The notes under the pieces were generated by a model. That model made no database searches and was not told where the DNA came from. It saw only the letters and a program-made list of their open reading frames with translations. The position numbers and the translations under genes are program-made. A stretch of DNA of 64,000 nucleotides from an uncultured virus (IMG/VR IMGVR_UViG_3300000301_000004) (Duplodnaviria > Heunggongvirae > Uroviricota > Caudoviricetes): the IMG/VR virus record IMGVR_UViG_3300000301_000004; one strand, given 5' to 3'. Numbering within the stretch: position 1 is the first letter of the stretch; each line of letters begins with the position of its first letter. This document shows, piece after piece, positions 17,029 to 27,393 of the stretch.

Positions 17029-19310
17029 TGGCTCTATTTGATTTTAAACCTCGTTCATCAAAAATAACGGATGCACAAGTTGTCAATAAAGCTAAATCAA
17101 AATTACCTATATTATCTGCCGGAAACGTAAAGTTGAAGGCAGGTAATTTATCTAGTCGAATTACTTCAATTAAAGCCATGACAAATAGGTATTTTGCCGA
17201 TAAAAAAGATATGTACTTAAATGTTATGGATGAAGCTATTTTAATAGATTTAATTGATAAATTTATTGAAAATGGTATTGGGGCAATCGATACAGAAACA
17301 ACAAGTTTAGATCCCATCACTACAACTTTAGCAGGTGTTTGTTTATATACTCCAGGATATAAAGCTGCTTATGTACCTGTAAATCATGTTAGTTATATGA
17401 CAGGTATGCCGATCAAAGGGCAAATTTCAGCTGAAATTGTTAAACGTGAATTACAGCGTTTAATAGATGCAAAAGTGAAAATTGATATGTTTAATAGCGA
17501 TTTTGACTGTAGGGTATTAAAACATACTTTAGGCATTAAAATGTTTTGTTGGTGGGATGGCTATATTGCACAACGACTGCTCGATGAAAATAATAAAAAT
17601 AATAGTTTAAAGGGTTTATGGGATAAGTACGTTAATAAAGGCAAGGATAAATCGCATACATTTTCAGAGTTGTTTGCGGGTATTCCGTTTACAATGATTC
17701 CTGTTGATGTTGCGTATTTATATGCGGCTAATGACCCTATGATTACATATGAATTAGCCGAATTTCAACGTCCGTTTTTAACCGATACTGAAGTATGCAG
17801 AGAGTATGAGTTGCAAGATGTTGCTAAAATATTCCATGAATTAGAAATGCCATTGGTTCCAATCGTTTCTGAAATGGAAGATACAGGAGTATTTCTTGAT
17901 TTAGAGGTTCAGCAAAAGTTATCTGAAAAGTATAACAAGCTTATGAGTGAAGCTGCGGTAGAGTTCGAAGAAACTCTTTCACTCTATGAATCTGAAATCG
18001 AAGAATATAGAATCAAACAAGGTTCTTCTTGTAAACTGCCTGAGAAGATTAATCCAGCCAGTCCAGAGCAACTATCTATCCTGTTGTATGATATTATGAA
18101 ACTGCCTCCAGTAAGCAAGAAGAAACCTCGTGGCACAGGAGAAGAAATTCTTGAGCAGTTTGATAATCCATTGGTAACGGCCTTATTGAAATTTCGTAAG
18201 GCTTCAAAGTTAGTATCTACATATGTAGATAAATTCCCAAAAATTATAAATGCAAAAACAGGGAGGATTCATGCGAGATTTAATCAACTTGGAACAATTA
18301 CAGGTCGTTTCTCGAGTGATGACCCTAATTTGCAAAATATTCCAAGCCATGCAAAAGACATACGAAAAATGTTCAAGGCTAGTGACGGCTATGTAATGTT
18401 ATCCTGCGATTACTCAGCTCAGGAACCTCGATTGACCGTGCATTTAGCGCAGGACGAAAAAGGTATTCAGGCTTATATCGATGGAAAAGATTTGTACGCC
18501 GAAATCGCTTCATTAGCTTTCAATGTTCCGTATGATGACTGTTTGGAATTTAGACCCGATGGCACACACAATCCTGAAGGAAAGGAAAGACGTAGTCGAG
18601 CAAAGGCTATTCTTTTAGGTATTAACTATGATAAAGGAATCCCGGCTATTGCAGATGATTTACATATTTCTAAAAAATTAGCTCAGGAAATATACGATGC
18701 AGTTTTAAACGCTTTTCCTAAATTAAAAACATTTAGAGAAGAGAGTCGGCAAATGGCAAGAGATCTAGGTTATGTAACTACTGCATGGGGAAGAAAAAGA
18801 AGACTTCCTGATATGCAATTAGACACCTACGAATTTTATTGGAAAGATGGTGTGTCGAAAGACTATGACCCACTTGCCGATGATGAAGATCAAAATACTG
18901 AAGTACCTGAAGAAATCGTAACATATTATTGGAATAAATTAGCTGGATGTAAGAGCTTTAAGCAACATCAAGCCGTAATTGAAGAGGCGAATAACGAGGG
19001 TATAAAGGTAGTTGATAATCGGATGAAAATTGCTGATGCAACTCGTATGTGTGTAAATGCTAGGGTACAAGGAAGTGCGGCTGACCTAACAAAATTCGCC
19101 ATGTTATCTATTAGTCGTTGTGAAGAGTTAAAACAGCTTGGCTTCCGACTACTTATTCAGGTACATGATGAAATTATTGGGGAATGTCCAGAGGAGAATA
19201 AAATAAGATGTGCTGAATTACTTTCTGAATGTATGATAAATGCAGCCTCACTCTCTGTGCCTTTAAAATGTGATGTTGAAATCACAAAGTGTTGGTATGA
19301 AAACGAATAA
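17028..19310 (+). CDS. polA: Family A DNA polymerase with 3'-5' exonuclease
   Basis: IDTETT; TGRFSSDDPNLQNIP; DYSAQEPR; RSRAKAILLGINY; QVHDE. Confidence 0.95.
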   Translation: MALFDFKPRSSKITDAQVVNKAKSKLPILSAGNVKLKAGNLSSRITSIKAMTNRYFADKKDMYLNVMDEAILIDLIDKFIENGIGAIDTETTSLDPITTTLAGVCLYTPGYKAAYVPVNHVSYMTGMPIKGQISAEIVKRELQRLIDAKVKIDMFNSDFDCRVLKHTLGIKMFCWWDGYIAQRLLDENNKNNSLKGLWDKYVNKGKDKSHTFSELFAGIPFTMIPVDVAYLYAANDPMITYELAEFQRPFLTDTEVCREYELQDVAKIFHELEMPLVPIVSEMEDTGVFLDLEVQQKLSEKYNKLMSEAAVEFEETLSLYESEIEEYRIKQGSSCKLPEKINPASPEQLSILLYDIMKLPPVSKKKPRGTGEEILEQFDNPLVTALLKFRKASKLVSTYVDKFPKIINAKTGRIHARFNQLGTITGRFSSDDPNLQNIPSHAKDIRKMFKASDGYVMLSCDYSAQEPRLTVHLAQDEKGIQAYIDGKDLYAEIASLAFNVPYDDCLEFRPDGTHNPEGKERRSRAKAILLGINYDKGIPAIADDLHISKKLAQEIYDAVLNAFPKLKTFREESRQMARDLGYVTTAWGRKRRLPDMQLDTYEFYWKDGVSKDYDPLADDEDQNTEVPEEIVTYYWNKLAGCKSFKQHQAVIEEANNEGIKVVDNRMKIADATRMCVNARVQGSAADLTKFAMLSISRCEELKQLGFRLLIQVHDEIIGECPEENKIRCAELLSECMINAASLSVPLKCDVEITKCWYENE

Positions 19311-19319
19311 GACTATTAA

Positions 19320-19354
19320 TAACCATTACGACTGAATCGTAATGGTTATTTTTA
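19320..19354 (+). terminator. Intrinsic terminator
   Basis: taaccattacga-ctgaa-tcgtaatggtta + T run. Confidence 0.85.
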
Positions 19355-19383
19355 TTGACATTATTATAATAGTAAGGTATAAT
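19355..19383 (+). promoter_or_regulatory. Promoter of deazaguanine operon
   Basis: TTGACA-17-TATAAT. Confidence 0.8.
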
Positions 19384-19411
19384 AGTAATATAAACAGAAA
19401 GGGGGTTTGTA

Positions 19412-20335
19412 ATGTTAGATTTATATTTTGCGGGACAAGTTACAGATCATGTAGATAAGTGCTTGTTCGATATGGGAGCCAATCATCTATTCAGTTATTT
19501 GAACGAAAGGAAAAATATTGATAGATGGATTGGCTGGATTAATCAATACGGTCGAAAAGGTAAACTATTTATTGACAGTGGTGCTTTTACTGCATGGACT
19601 AAAGGTACATATATTAATGTTGATGATTATGTTTACTTTTTAAACGACAGAGTGCAGTATATTGATTTATTTGGTCAATTGGACTGTATTCCAGGAAACA
19701 TCAGGCAAAAGCCTACACAAGCACAAGTATTAGATGCAGCTGTAAAAACATGGAAAAATTATTTGTATATGAGGGATGCTGTTTTAAATAAGGATGGCTT
19801 ACTATATACGTTCCATGTGGGTGAACCGATATGGTGTTTGCGTAGAGCCTTAGAATGGCGAGATGAAAATGGCCAACCATTAAAATATATCGCTCTTGGT
19901 GGTATGGTGGGCAAGCCTAAAGATGTACAAAAGAACTTTTTATCGTTATGTTTTGATATTATAAAAAGTTCGAGTAATCCCAATGTTAAAGTCCATGCTT
20001 TTGGAATGACTGTAAGAAAAACTTTAGTCCAATATCCAGTTACTTCTGCGGATAGTTCTTCGTGGATTCAAAGCGGGCATAATGGAGCAATTTATACTCC
20101 ATGGGGTACTATTATTATTAGTGCTCAGCAAAAGGATAAAATGGCTCACCCTTTAAATGGTAGTGCTGTAGCTTTGGAAGATTTAAAATCTTACATTAAA
20201 AGCAAGAATTTCGATTTTGAGCAGTTAATGGAAGATTATGTTCAACGCGATTTGTGGAATGTAACATTTTTGATGGATTGGGCAAAAGAATATACTTATC
20301 ATGGTGGAAAAATTATTAGGAGGCGATTATTTTGA
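19412..20335 (+). CDS. dpdA: Phage DNA 7-deazaguanine transglycosylase (TGT fold)
   Basis: FIDSGAFTAW, LDCIPG, FHVGEP, YIALGG, VHAFG, SADSSSW; heads the que/folE cluster next to the polymerase. Confidence 0.85.
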   Translation: MLDLYFAGQVTDHVDKCLFDMGANHLFSYLNERKNIDRWIGWINQYGRKGKLFIDSGAFTAWTKGTYINVDDYVYFLNDRVQYIDLFGQLDCIPGNIRQKPTQAQVLDAAVKTWKNYLYMRDAVLNKDGLLYTFHVGEPIWCLRRALEWRDENGQPLKYIALGGMVGKPKDVQKNFLSLCFDIIKSSSNPNVKVHAFGMTVRKTLVQYPVTSADSSSWIQSGHNGAIYTPWGTIIISAQQKDKMAHPLNGSAVALEDLKSYIKSKNFDFEQLMEDYVQRDLWNVTFLMDWAKEYTYHGGKIIRRRLF

Positions 20336-21018
20336 AAGCAGTTGTATTGTTGAGCGGTGGTGTTGATAGCGCTACTTGTTTAGGTATGGCAGTTGATTGT
20401 TATGGCAATAAAGAGGTAACAGCGTTATCTATTTACTACGGCCAAAAGCATGAGAAAGAATTAGCTTGTGCTAAAAAGTTAGCGGAACATTATGGTGTTC
20501 AACATATTGTTCGGGATATTAGTAGTATTATGGAATTGAGTGATTGCTGTTTATTAAAAAATAGTAAAAATGAAATTAAACATACTACCTATGCCGAACA
20601 ATTAAAGGAATTAGGTGGTGAAGGGACTGTTAGTACCTATGTACCATTTCGTAACGGCTTAATGTTATCTTCAGCGGCGTCTTTGGCTTATTCCCTCGGG
20701 GGCTGTGAAGTGTGGTATGGCGCTCATGCAGATGATGCGGCTGGTAGGGCATATCCGGACTGTACTCCTGAATTTGTGGATGCCATGCGTAAAGCAATTT
20801 TAGAAGGTACTGGCGGCCAACTTACATTAAGAGCTCCTTTGATTATGTTTAATAAAGGCGAAGTTGTTAAAGCTGGATTGTCATTGAAAGTCCCTTATAA
20901 ATTTACATGGTCTTGTTATGAGGGTGGAGAAAAACCTTGTGGAGTATGTGGTACATGTAGAGATAGAGCTCATGCTTTTGAAGTTAATGGTGTAAAAGAT
21001 CCAGCTTTGCGAGGTTAA
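20332..21018 (+). CDS. queC: 7-cyano-7-deazaguanine synthase
   Basis: LLSGGVDSAT, YGQKH, YVPFRN, YPDC, TWSCY..CGVCGTC. Confidence 0.96.
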   Translation: MKAVVLLSGGVDSATCLGMAVDCYGNKEVTALSIYYGQKHEKELACAKKLAEHYGVQHIVRDISSIMELSDCCLLKNSKNEIKHTTYAEQLKELGGEGTVSTYVPFRNGLMLSSAASLAYSLGGCEVWYGAHADDAAGRAYPDCTPEFVDAMRKAILEGTGGQLTLRAPLIMFNKGEVVKAGLSLKVPYKFTWSCYEGGEKPCGVCGTCRDRAHAFEVNGVKDPALRG

Positions 21019-21020
21019 TT

Positions 21021-21224
21021 ATGGCAAAAATGGTAGACGGTAAAACCATCAAAGAACTAGAAACAAGAGCAAAGACTGCTTTATATGCAAATGAATATAC
21101 TAATGGTAATTTATTAGTTTCTGCTGAAGTATTATTAAATCTTATTCACGAAGTAAAAGTAAAAAAATATCATAATCGTATTAAACCAGGAGGAAGAAAA
21201 TGTACACAGTTATCAAAGAATTAG
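21021..21224 (+). CDS. Hypothetical protein within que operon
   Basis: ORF track. Confidence 0.55.
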   Translation: MAKMVDGKTIKELETRAKTALYANEYTNGNLLVSAEVLLNLIHEVKVKKYHNRIKPGGRKCTQLSKN

Positions 21225-21538
21225 AAATATCTGCATCTCATTATTTAAATCTGCCTTATGAGAGTAAATGCGCTAATCTTCACGGTCATAATTGGAAAGT
21301 TAAAATTTATTGCAAAGCTAGAGAACTTTCTGATTATGGCATGGTTGAGGATTTTACACATATTAAAAAATGTGTAATGGATGTATTCGATCATCAAAGT
21401 ATTAATCAAGTTGTTCCTTTTAATCCAACAGCTGAAAATATTGCAAAATATATTTGTGATATTATTCCAACGTGTTACAGAGTAGAAGTACAAGAAAGCG
21501 AAGGGAATTTAGCAATTTATGAACAAGAAGATATATAG
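21200..21538 (+). CDS. queD: 6-carboxytetrahydropterin synthase
   Basis: SASHYL, CANLHGHNW, FDH, NPTAENIA. Confidence 0.95.
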   Translation: MYTVIKELEISASHYLNLPYESKCANLHGHNWKVKIYCKARELSDYGMVEDFTHIKKCVMDVFDHQSINQVVPFNPTAENIAKYICDIIPTCYRVEVQESEGNLAIYEQEDI

Positions 21539-22172
21539 TGTAAATGAAATGTTTTTAAGTGTGGAAGGTGAAGGAATTAGAACTGGATTTCTTTCAACTT
21601 TTGTACGCTTTAATGGCTGTAACTTATGTTGTAGTTATTGTGATACCCTTTACGCACAAGATGTTCAAGAACCAAATATGTCTTTACAGGAAATTCTTGA
21701 AAGCATTGCTAAAATTGGTTGTCATCGTGTAACTTTAACAGGCGGAGAACCATTATTTAGAGCGGGTATGAACGATCTTATTGAAGCTTTATCTTGGGGT
21801 GGGTATCATGTGAATATTGAAACAAATGGTTCTGTGCCGATTGAACCATGTTGTAGTTTGCCCGGAGTATTTGTTACAATGGATTGGAAATGTCCGAGTA
21901 GTGGTATGCTAGGTTCAATGCTTGAAAGTAATCTTAAAAAGCTCACTTATAATGATGTATTGAAATTCGTTGTTGCTACTAAAGAAGATTTAGAAGAATT
22001 TAAACGAATTTATAATATGGATTTGATTTGTACCTATGTTCTTAGCCCAGTGTATGGGCAGATTGAACCGAAAGAACTTGTTCAATTTGTTAAAGATAAT
22101 ATGCTTGAAAATACAATGGTACAAGTTCAACTTCATAAAATTATATGGAATCCGGATGAAAGAGGAGTATAA
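21519..22172 (+). CDS. queE: 7-carboxy-7-deazaguanine synthase (radical SAM)
   Basis: EMFLSVEGEG, GCNLCCSYCDT, TGGEP, IETNG, QLHKIIW. Confidence 0.95.
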   Translation: MNKKIYSVNEMFLSVEGEGIRTGFLSTFVRFNGCNLCCSYCDTLYAQDVQEPNMSLQEILESIAKIGCHRVTLTGGEPLFRAGMNDLIEALSWGGYHVNIETNGSVPIEPCCSLPGVFVTMDWKCPSSGMLGSMLESNLKKLTYNDVLKFVVATKEDLEEFKRIYNMDLICTYVLSPVYGQIEPKELVQFVKDNMLENTMVQVQLHKIIWNPDERGV

Positions 22173-22173
22173 A

Positions 22174-22752
22174 ATGGAAAATACTAAAGAACAAATGCTT
22201 ATATCCGCAGGAGAGCTTATTTTACAGGCTTTTGGAAAAGATCTTCAAGATCCTTCATTAAAGGAAACTCCTAAAAGATTTGCAAAAATGATGTTAGAGC
22301 AACTTGAGGGTGAGTTCTATTCTGATTCCGATCTTGTTAGTAAGTTTGGCAAGTGTTTTGAAACAACTGGTCATGGTATTGTAACCTGTACAAATATTCC
22401 TGTTTTTAGTCACTGTGAACATCATCTTGCATTGATGTATAATATGAATGTAAGTATTGGATATTATCCAAGAACGAAAGTAATTGGACTTTCGAAGATG
22501 GCACGTATTGCTGATATGGTTGCAAAAAGATTTCAAATTCAGGAAAGAATGGGATTTAGTATTCATCGTATTATGTCTGCTATTTTATCGACTGACAATG
22601 TAATTGTAATGATTGAAGGAGAACATTCTTGTATGACTGCAAGAGGTATTAAAAAGCCAGGAGCGGTTACAAGAACTTTGCATACTAGTGGCGTTTTTGA
22701 ATATCTTGATGAACAACAATCTTTTATTAATTTAGTAAGGAGTAGTAAATAA
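22174..22752 (+). CDS. folE: GTP cyclohydrolase I
   Basis: ETPKRFAK, SHCEHH, IGLSKMARI, QIQER, HSCMTARG. Confidence 0.95.
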   Translation: MENTKEQMLISAGELILQAFGKDLQDPSLKETPKRFAKMMLEQLEGEFYSDSDLVSKFGKCFETTGHGIVTCTNIPVFSHCEHHLALMYNMNVSIGYYPRTKVIGLSKMARIADMVAKRFQIQERMGFSIHRIMSAILSTDNVIVMIEGEHSCMTARGIKKPGAVTRTLHTSGVFEYLDEQQSFINLVRSSK

Positions 22753-23840
22753 TGAAAATTGATATTATTACATCAGAGTTAAAAGATATGGTATCCAGAG
22801 TTGTTAAAGGTGCAAGTTGTGATAAACTTATTCCTTTAACGAATTATATTGGTTTTGAAGTAAAAGATAATGTATTGTGTTTAAGAACTACAGATGGAGC
22901 TAATTTTTTAAGCATTTACAAAGATAAAGTAAAAGCTCCAAATATTTCTTGTGTATTGCCTGTTGCAAGTTTTGCTAAGCTTGTAAGTAAAACAACAAGT
23001 GAGCATATTATTCTTACCATTGAGGAAGGTGTTTTAACTTTTAAAGGTAATGGATATTATCATATTGAGCTTGTACTGGACGAAAATGGGGATATATTGC
23101 AATTTCCGGACGTTTCCATAGAAATACCTGAGGATGTTAAAGCGGTACGTGTTAAACAGCCAATTCTTCAGGCGGTTTATGATATTTGCACAGCAAGCTT
23201 AGCTAAAACCATTGAAAATCCTGTAATAACTGGATATTATTTCAATGACAGGGTAATGACCACGGATAGCTTGAGGCTTTGCGTATATTCAGTAAATGTT
23301 TTTAAAAGACCTGCATTATTGCCAATCGAATTATTGAAATTGTCAACTCTAATTACAGAGGAAGATGTACAGGTATATTTCGTAGATAATGATGTTATCA
23401 TTAAATCCAAAACGATTGAAATTGCAGGCACACAATTAGAAGATATTGAATCGTATCCTGTAGAAGCTCTTGATGGTTTTTTAGAAACAGAATTTCCTTC
23501 TACTTGTACAATTAAAAAATCTTTAGTGCAGGCGGCATTAGACCGTTTAAGTATTTTCGTATCTGAATATGATAAAAATACTATTAAATTGTTGTTTACT
23601 AAAACAGGCCTTAAAATGATTTCTTCAAGAACAAAAGCAGAAGAAATTATTCCATATGATGAAAGTGATGATTTTAAAGAATTTGAGTGCTTATTGGACA
23701 TTGTTCAATTTAAAGAACTTGTAAATACTTTATCCACAGATATTATCACTTTATCATATGGCACACCAACAGCTATTAAAATGGTAGAAGGTAAAGTCGT
23801 TCAAATTTTATCTTCTTTAGACGAGGATATCGATGGCTAA
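22752..23840 (+). CDS. dnaN: Sliding clamp (DNA Pol III beta-like)
   Basis: 362 aa, three-domain periodicity with TTDG/TTDSLRL and LQAALDRLSIF-type segments. Confidence 0.75.
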   Translation: MKIDIITSELKDMVSRVVKGASCDKLIPLTNYIGFEVKDNVLCLRTTDGANFLSIYKDKVKAPNISCVLPVASFAKLVSKTTSEHIILTIEEGVLTFKGNGYYHIELVLDENGDILQFPDVSIEIPEDVKAVRVKQPILQAVYDICTASLAKTIENPVITGYYFNDRVMTTDSLRLCVYSVNVFKRPALLPIELLKLSTLITEEDVQVYFVDNDVIIKSKTIEIAGTQLEDIESYPVEALDGFLETEFPSTCTIKKSLVQAALDRLSIFVSEYDKNTIKLLFTKTGLKMISSRTKAEEIIPYDESDDFKEFECLLDIVQFKELVNTLSTDIITLSYGTPTAIKMVEGKVVQILSSLDEDIDG

Positions 23841-24621
23841 ATCTTCTTTAAAAAATTTACTTACTTTAGTAAATGAGGCAAAGAAGCAAAGTCCAGTAGC
23901 AGAATCTTTTTTACAAGATTATTTGCAGTCCATTGAAAGAACAGCGAATAGTAATAAACATAAACCTAGTGCTCATTATAAGCCCAGCAGTTTGAATTGT
24001 ATTCGTAATATGTTTTATCAAATTGTTGAGCAAGAACCTGACAGTTCTATTAAAGAGGCTCCCCTTATCGGTATAGGGGAGTCTGGAACTGATAGGCATG
24101 AACATTTACAAAATGCTGTTATTGAAATGAAAAAGAATGGCTTTGCTTGTGAATATTTAGATGTGGCTAAATATGTTGAACAAAAAGAATTACCCGGAAT
24201 TATTGTAAAAGGTAAACGAGGTATTGAAACACAGCTTTTTAATGAAACTTGGAATATTAGTTTTTTATGCGATGGTATTATTAAATACAGAGGTGAGTTA
24301 TACATTATAGAGTTTAAGACAGAAGTTTCCCGCAAGTTTGTTACTCGTAATGATGTAGATGAAGACCATAAAAGACAGGCCATTGCATATTCCTTATCTT
24401 TAGGACTTGATAAAATTATATTCGTTTATGAAAATAGGGATACTTGCGAAAAGAAATGTTATTTGCTTGAAATAACAGAAAAAATGAAAAAAGATTTAAT
24501 ACAATTAATACAGGATTGTGATGATTATGTGGATGCGAATATAGTACCGCCAAAACCTGTTGGTATTAAAGCTAAAATTTGTCAATACTGTATATATCGT
24601 TCACAATGTAGAAAGGATTAG
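23833..24621 (+). CDS. Cas4-like PD-(D/E)XK exonuclease
   Basis: PSSLNC, GTDRH, CDGI, IEFKT, Q..AY, C-terminal CQYCIYRSQC. Confidence 0.85.
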   Translation: MAKSSLKNLLTLVNEAKKQSPVAESFLQDYLQSIERTANSNKHKPSAHYKPSSLNCIRNMFYQIVEQEPDSSIKEAPLIGIGESGTDRHEHLQNAVIEMKKNGFACEYLDVAKYVEQKELPGIIVKGKRGIETQLFNETWNISFLCDGIIKYRGELYIIEFKTEVSRKFVTRNDVDEDHKRQAIAYSLSLGLDKIIFVYENRDTCEKKCYLLEITEKMKKDLIQLIQDCDDYVDANIVPPKPVGIKAKICQYCIYRSQCRKD

Positions 24622-24625
24622 GAAA

Positions 24626-25111
24626 ATGCCTGTTTCATTAGGAAAAAAGTTTGAAGCTTTAATTGCTTCCCAGCTTGATGATTGCGGTGTATGTTTTGAC
24701 CGTTTTAAAGATGATACAGCCGGGTATAAAGGTATTCGTAATATTTGTGATTTTGTTGTATTTTTTAATGGCTATTTGATTTATATTGAATGTAAAACTA
24801 TTCATGGTAAAAGTTTTAATTTTAAAAATTTAACTGATAATCAATATAATGGCCTGCAAAATAAGAGTTCTTATAATTCAGTTATTGCGGGTATCTTGTT
24901 ATGGTTTGTCGACGAGGATTTAACGATATTTGTACCTGCAAGAGTTTTATATATGTTGAAAGAGGTAGATGAACAAAAATCTATCAAAATAAATGATCTT
25001 CCTGGTGGCTGTATTGTTTTTAAAGGTAAAAAGAAAAGAACATTTTTTGAATATGATATTAAGCATAATTTACAAAAAATAATAGAGGACAGGATGAAAT
25101 ATGGAAATTGA
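24626..25111 (+). CDS. recU: RecU-like Holliday junction resolvase
   Basis: GKKFE, CDF, IECKT, NQ motifs. Confidence 0.75.
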   Translation: MPVSLGKKFEALIASQLDDCGVCFDRFKDDTAGYKGIRNICDFVVFFNGYLIYIECKTIHGKSFNFKNLTDNQYNGLQNKSSYNSVIAGILLWFVDEDLTIFVPARVLYMLKEVDEQKSIKINDLPGGCIVFKGKKKRTFFEYDIKHNLQKIIEDRMKYGN

Positions 25112-25625
25112 ACAATCTTTAGTTACAGACAGATTAAATTCTATTAATACTAATCAAAGAGCTTTAACACGTCATATTAATTCAATTGTAAAAGAGTGTT
25201 GTGGTTCTTTAGATAATTTAATGAATACAATTCGAGAAACGATTTCAAATCCTAATGTAACATTAACAAATGAACAACTTGATTATTTTATTTTAAATTT
25301 ACCTGCCTTAATGTATTACGCTTATGAAAAGCAAGAACTTGTGGGCATGCGTGAAGATATTGCTAAACAAGAAAAATTACAACGTTATAATGACAGTTAT
25401 TCAAGTTATGAAGGTACTGCCATAGAACGTAAACAATTAGCTGAATCTGATATTGTTTATGATGTGTTGGTTATAAGTATTTATAGTCGTGCAAGAAAGC
25501 AAATTCAGAATAAATTAGATTTAGCGACAGAAATGCTACAAAGCTTGAAAAAGGTCTCCACAAGACGTATTAGTGAAAATGATTTTAATAACCTTAATAA
25601 TATGGGATATAAGGAGAATTTATAA
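25101..25625 (+). CDS. Helical protein, possibly UvsY-like recombination mediator
   Basis: Coiled-coil pattern; near recA. Confidence 0.45.
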   Translation: MEIEQSLVTDRLNSINTNQRALTRHINSIVKECCGSLDNLMNTIRETISNPNVTLTNEQLDYFILNLPALMYYAYEKQELVGMREDIAKQEKLQRYNDSYSSYEGTAIERKQLAESDIVYDVLVISIYSRARKQIQNKLDLATEMLQSLKKVSTRRISENDFNNLNNMGYKENL

Positions 25626-26227
25626 TGTACGATAGCACAATTTTTAACCGTTATATTAATGAAATTGGAGATCCTAAAATTCAAGAAATTGTTGAAGAAT
25701 GTTTGCAAAAATGCCCTAAAGAATTTTATACAATGCCAGCCTCAACCACAGGTAAATATCACCCGCCTTTTGCTCTTGGTGAAGGTGGATTAGTTCGTCA
25801 CACATTAGCAGCTTGTTGCTGGGCTAAAGATTTATTGCAGTTAGAGCAATATTCCATTTTATTGCCAAAAGCAGATTATATTCTAGCCGCTTTGATTTTG
25901 CATGATAGCGTTAAAAAAGGTTTTGGAAAATCAAAATATACTGTTTTCGAACATCCTATTTATGCAGCGGAACTTGTGACAAATGTTTGTGAAGAATTAG
26001 CTGAAACTAATGGTTCTAGAAGATATATTGAATGTGGTGCAGTTATTAGTCGTTTAATTGCTTCTCATATGGGGCAGTGGAATAGGGCTTTTAACAGTAA
26101 TGTAACTTTACCGAAACCAAAATCAGACATACAACAATTTGTTCATTTATGTGATTATTTAGCAAGCAGAAAGGGTGATCCTGATGTCTATATTAACAGT
26201 AGTGCAGGAAGTGAACAAGAAATTTAA
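25625..26227 (+). CDS. HD-domain phosphohydrolase
   Basis: PASTTGKYH, GGLVRHT, LILHD, SHMG, HLCDYLAS. Confidence 0.85.
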   Translation: MYDSTIFNRYINEIGDPKIQEIVEECLQKCPKEFYTMPASTTGKYHPPFALGEGGLVRHTLAACCWAKDLLQLEQYSILLPKADYILAALILHDSVKKGFGKSKYTVFEHPIYAAELVTNVCEELAETNGSRRYIECGAVISRLIASHMGQWNRAFNSNVTLPKPKSDIQQFVHLCDYLASRKGDPDVYINSSAGSEQEI

Positions 26228-27329
26228 ATCTGAAGTTATATTTCAGGGTCGGGTAAAATATGAGCAAAGTAAGAATAAATTAAAATTTACAAGTTGCAGA
26301 TTAAACTATATGCTTTATGGAGGTTTACCTCGTGGTAAACTGATTGAATTTGCAGGTGAAGAAAACTCCGGAAAAACAACTACAGCCCTTGACGCTGTTG
26401 GTAATGCACAGGTATTGTTTGCACAAGAATATGAAGATGAATTAAAAGCTTTTGAAGAAATTCCAAAAAGAAATAAATCACAAGAAGAAGCATATAAACA
26501 TTTAAAAGCAAGAGGACCTTTAAAATGCTTATTTGTGGATTGTGAGAATACATTGGACGAAGATTGGGCTGAATTATTAGGAGTAAATGTAGACGAGTTG
26601 TGGGTAGTAAAACCAACTAACCAAACGGCAGAACAAGTTTTCGACATTGTACAAAACCTTTTAGAAACAGGGGAATTTGGACTCGCTGTGTTAGATAGTC
26701 TTGCAGTATTGATTTCACAGGATGTTTATGAAGAATCCAATGAAAAAAGAAGTTATGGTGGCATTTCAATTCCATTAACAAGATTTACTAAACAGTTAGT
26801 TCAAATTTGTTCAAGATTTAATACTACTTTTATTGGTATTAATCAATTAAGGGATAAGATTAATAGTCCTATGGGTGGCAAGGATACTACTGGTGGACGT
26901 GCATGGAAACATAATGCAATAATTCGATTATTTTTTAGTAAGGGTAATTTCTTTGATGAAAATGGTAAAGATTTAACAAGAAATACAGAATCCCCCGCAG
27001 GTAATTATGTGTTGATAAATATGCCAAAAACAAAAGCATGTAGACCTGACCGTCGTGTTGGTAGTTATACACTTAACTATACTTTTGGAATTGATTGGGT
27101 ATCAGATTTAGTAGACCTTGCAATTAAATTAGGTTACATTGACCAATCCGGAGCATGGTTTAGATTTGTATCAAAAGATGGCGAAATTTTAACTGATGTA
27201 GATGGTGAAGAAATTAAATTACAAGGTAGGCAATCTGTTGTTGAATTTTTAGAAGCAGAAGAAAACTTGGATTTCCTTCAAGATTTGGATGATGACATTG
27301 CAAAAGCTATTTCCTCTAATGTTCGTTGA
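26184..27329 (+). CDS. recA: RecA/UvsX recombinase
   Basis: GGLPRG, GEENSGKTT, FVDCENTLD, INQLR, TTGGRAWKH. Confidence 0.93.
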   Translation: MSILTVVQEVNKKFKSEVIFQGRVKYEQSKNKLKFTSCRLNYMLYGGLPRGKLIEFAGEENSGKTTTALDAVGNAQVLFAQEYEDELKAFEEIPKRNKSQEEAYKHLKARGPLKCLFVDCENTLDEDWAELLGVNVDELWVVKPTNQTAEQVFDIVQNLLETGEFGLAVLDSLAVLISQDVYEESNEKRSYGGISIPLTRFTKQLVQICSRFNTTFIGINQLRDKINSPMGGKDTTGGRAWKHNAIIRLFFSKGNFFDENGKDLTRNTESPAGNYVLINMPKTKACRPDRRVGSYTLNYTFGIDWVSDLVDLAIKLGYIDQSGAWFRFVSKDGEILTDVDGEEIKLQGRQSVVEFLEAEENLDFLQDLDDDIAKAISSNVR

Positions 27330-27338
27330 AAATAATCA

Positions 27339-27387
27339 TTGACAATGACCCTGTATGATAGTATAATAGTATCATACAGGGGGGGGG
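27339..27387 (+). promoter_or_regulatory. Promoter with inverted repeat around -10 and G9 tract
   Basis: TTGACA-17-TATAAT; ccctgtatgata-N9-tatcatacaggg. Confidence 0.7.
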
Positions 27388-27393
27388 CGGTAA

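Noticed and set aside
19412..22752. que genes as tRNA queuosine auxiliary metabolism
   Set aside because: No queF/queA; the TGT-fold gene looks like phage DpdA and sits in the replication module
23833..24621. Cas4-like gene as part of a CRISPR system
   Set aside because: Solo Cas4-like nuclease in a recombination cluster, common in phages
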